Below are positions 62,501 through 64,000 of a stretch of DNA of 64,000 nt, piece after piece. Under the pieces are notes generated by a model. The model saw only the letters and a list, made by a program, of their open reading frames with translations. It did no database searches and was not told where the DNA came from. Each line of letters opens with the position of its first letter. Positions within the stretch are counted from its first letter, which is position 1. The stretch is taken from positions 186,001-250,000 of the forward strand of contig JBLDXI010000026.1 of the NCBI GenBank assembly GCA_047495785.1. Reading direction: 5' to 3'. The stretch is from Lepidodermella squamata. Lineage: Eukaryota > Animalia > Gastrotricha. The translations under genes and the position numbers were made by a program.

Positions 62501-63270
62501 CCGCCTCAATGGCAAGCACATCTGCGGCGCCGCTGTTCTCGGCCGCTACTACCTTCTCTCGGCCGCCAGCTGCTTCAAGGATTCTCAAAACGTCGCCGAA
62601 TACGAGGTCCGCGTTGGCGAACACAGCTTGAGCCTGAAAGAGCAGTACGAAGTAATTCATGAGGTCAAACAATTCCAAATCCACCCAGAGTACAATGTTG
62701 TCGGCAACGATTTGGCTGTTGTCGAACTCTCCACGCCCATCGACTTCACCAACTTCTACGTCAACTCGATCTGCCTGCCCACCGATGAGGAGGCGAAGAA
62801 GCGCAGCGGCGACTTCTTCTTCTTCGGGTAAGGTTGCGGAAATTTCCGGAAAAATTAAGTAAAATTATTTAAATAGATGGGGCAAGAACGGCCGTACTGG
62901 TTCGACCAACGTTAACAACCCGCGTTACGTCTATGGTGCGATCACCCCGAACCAGGCTTGCTCCGACGCCTGGGGCAGCGAACAAGATCCGCAGCTCAGC
63001 GCCTGCTTCGAGGCCACGAACAACAAGAACGTTCCTTGCACCTTGGACGAGGGCGGTATCCTAATGGCCCCTGGCGACTTGACCACCGGCCCTGACGCCC
63101 GTTTGTACCCGGTTGGTATCTACAGCCGCCGCTACAGCAACGATTGCGAACACAAGGCCCCGGCTCTGTTCACGTGGCTGGAGGGTTACCTGTACGGAAT
63201 CCAGGAGAGAATTGCTTGCAACATCCCTGGCCACTTCTACCCGGAGAATTGCCCGATCAATTACTCCTAA
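59557..63270 (+). CDS. Secreted protein C: signal peptide, 2 CUB domains, LamG-like domain, catalytically inactive trypsin-like domain
   Basis: 'NYLPNQNCYY' and 'NYRPNENCRW...FKTDATIEYGGF'; 'LLGFWPM...YTVSMWV'; trypsin fold 'GQFPW..CGA..LSAASC..NDLAVV..CTLDEGG'. One ~960-nt intron (61350-62308). Confidence 0.85.
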
Positions 63271-64000
63271 TAAGCTCGCAAATAGACTTGTTTTATCAAT
63301 GACATTACTTCCCCATCCTAATAATATCACTAATAAGCGTTCATATTCTGAGATTCATATCTTCATGGATCGAAATAACAATTTATTTAGATGAAAGCCT
63401 TCAAAGCATTGCTTTATAAGCCAAGGTGAATAAATTCATATCGATCATCTGCAGTTTGAGGGTATGTTCAAACCGGACCGATTCTTGAGCAAATTTGTGC
63501 GTTAAAAAATAAAACGTCACGCGGATATCGGGTTTCATTGCTGCTGCTCAGGGGAACGGCAGCTTTTAAGTTTTTTGCCACGCTTTTCATTCACTCCTAA
63601 TCACCACGCTTGCCGATGGTAAAATTAGCCGTACATGTAATTACAGATACGAATATTAGTGAACACTTCAGCTAGCTCGATCGAATACAGACGCGTTTAA
63701 AACTATCACGGCTGCTGCTTACTTCCTGAAGTATCTATTTAAAACAGTAAATACCCTGACGTTTAACCATAACGGAACTTGGCAGGTGACTTGATACGGT
63801 ACAGTTACAGTATTTTTTTCAATTGTAGCCCAGTCGCTAATCTTAAGTCCATTCCTATTACATAGTAGCCCAGGTTTGAGGGGTCAAATCGGTACGAAAA
63901 CACAAAAAATGAACAATTCACCTAAAATTAATTTTCGATTTTTTTCAGAATTTCGAGGTTAAAATTTTAAAATGCCATGTCCGGGTTATTTTTTTCAATT

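Noticed and set aside
3226-63394. Numerous 60-170 aa ORFs antisense to or overlapping the called genes
   Set aside because: Shadow ORFs with no motifs, explained by codon bias in the real exons.
1-64000. Prokaryotic interpretation (operons, CRISPR arrays, defence systems)
   Set aside because: Spliceosomal introns, an RTK, a class C GPCR and an SLC25 carrier show this is animal DNA. No repeat-spacer array is present; the tandem repeats have no unique spacers.

Overview
This is eukaryotic, almost certainly animal (invertebrate), nuclear DNA from a compact genome with many short (~45-60 nt) AT-rich GT-AG introns. The ORF track therefore splits most genes, and I rebuilt them by hand from splice sites. 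From left to right the window holds: a small four-TM (MARVEL-like) gene; an intronless vWA-domain gene and two intronless RimJ/RimL-type GNAT acetyltransferases (horizontal-transfer candidates); a head-to-head pair of mitochondrial 2-oxoglutarate/malate carrier and AMP deaminase; ~5 kb of transposon debris (LTR plus PPT, Gypsy pol tail, tRNA-like element, Zn-finger, MULE and hAT fragments); three ankyrin-repeat genes and an ankyrin fragment; repeat-rich DNA (MITEs, an RTE-type LINE fragment, a three-copy ~490-bp repeat, a 187-bp palindrome); an Amt ammonium transporter; and a GABA-B-like class C GPCR with a frame break. The last 16 kb hold four co-oriented CUB-domain genes. Two are CUB-LamG-like-trypsin pseudoproteases, one is a secreted CUB-only derivative made by internal deletion, and one is a CUB-TM-tyrosine kinase receptor with no tyrosine in its activation loop. 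This CUB cluster is the best candidate for an undescribed system. No database searches were run, so family calls rest on motifs recognised by eye.
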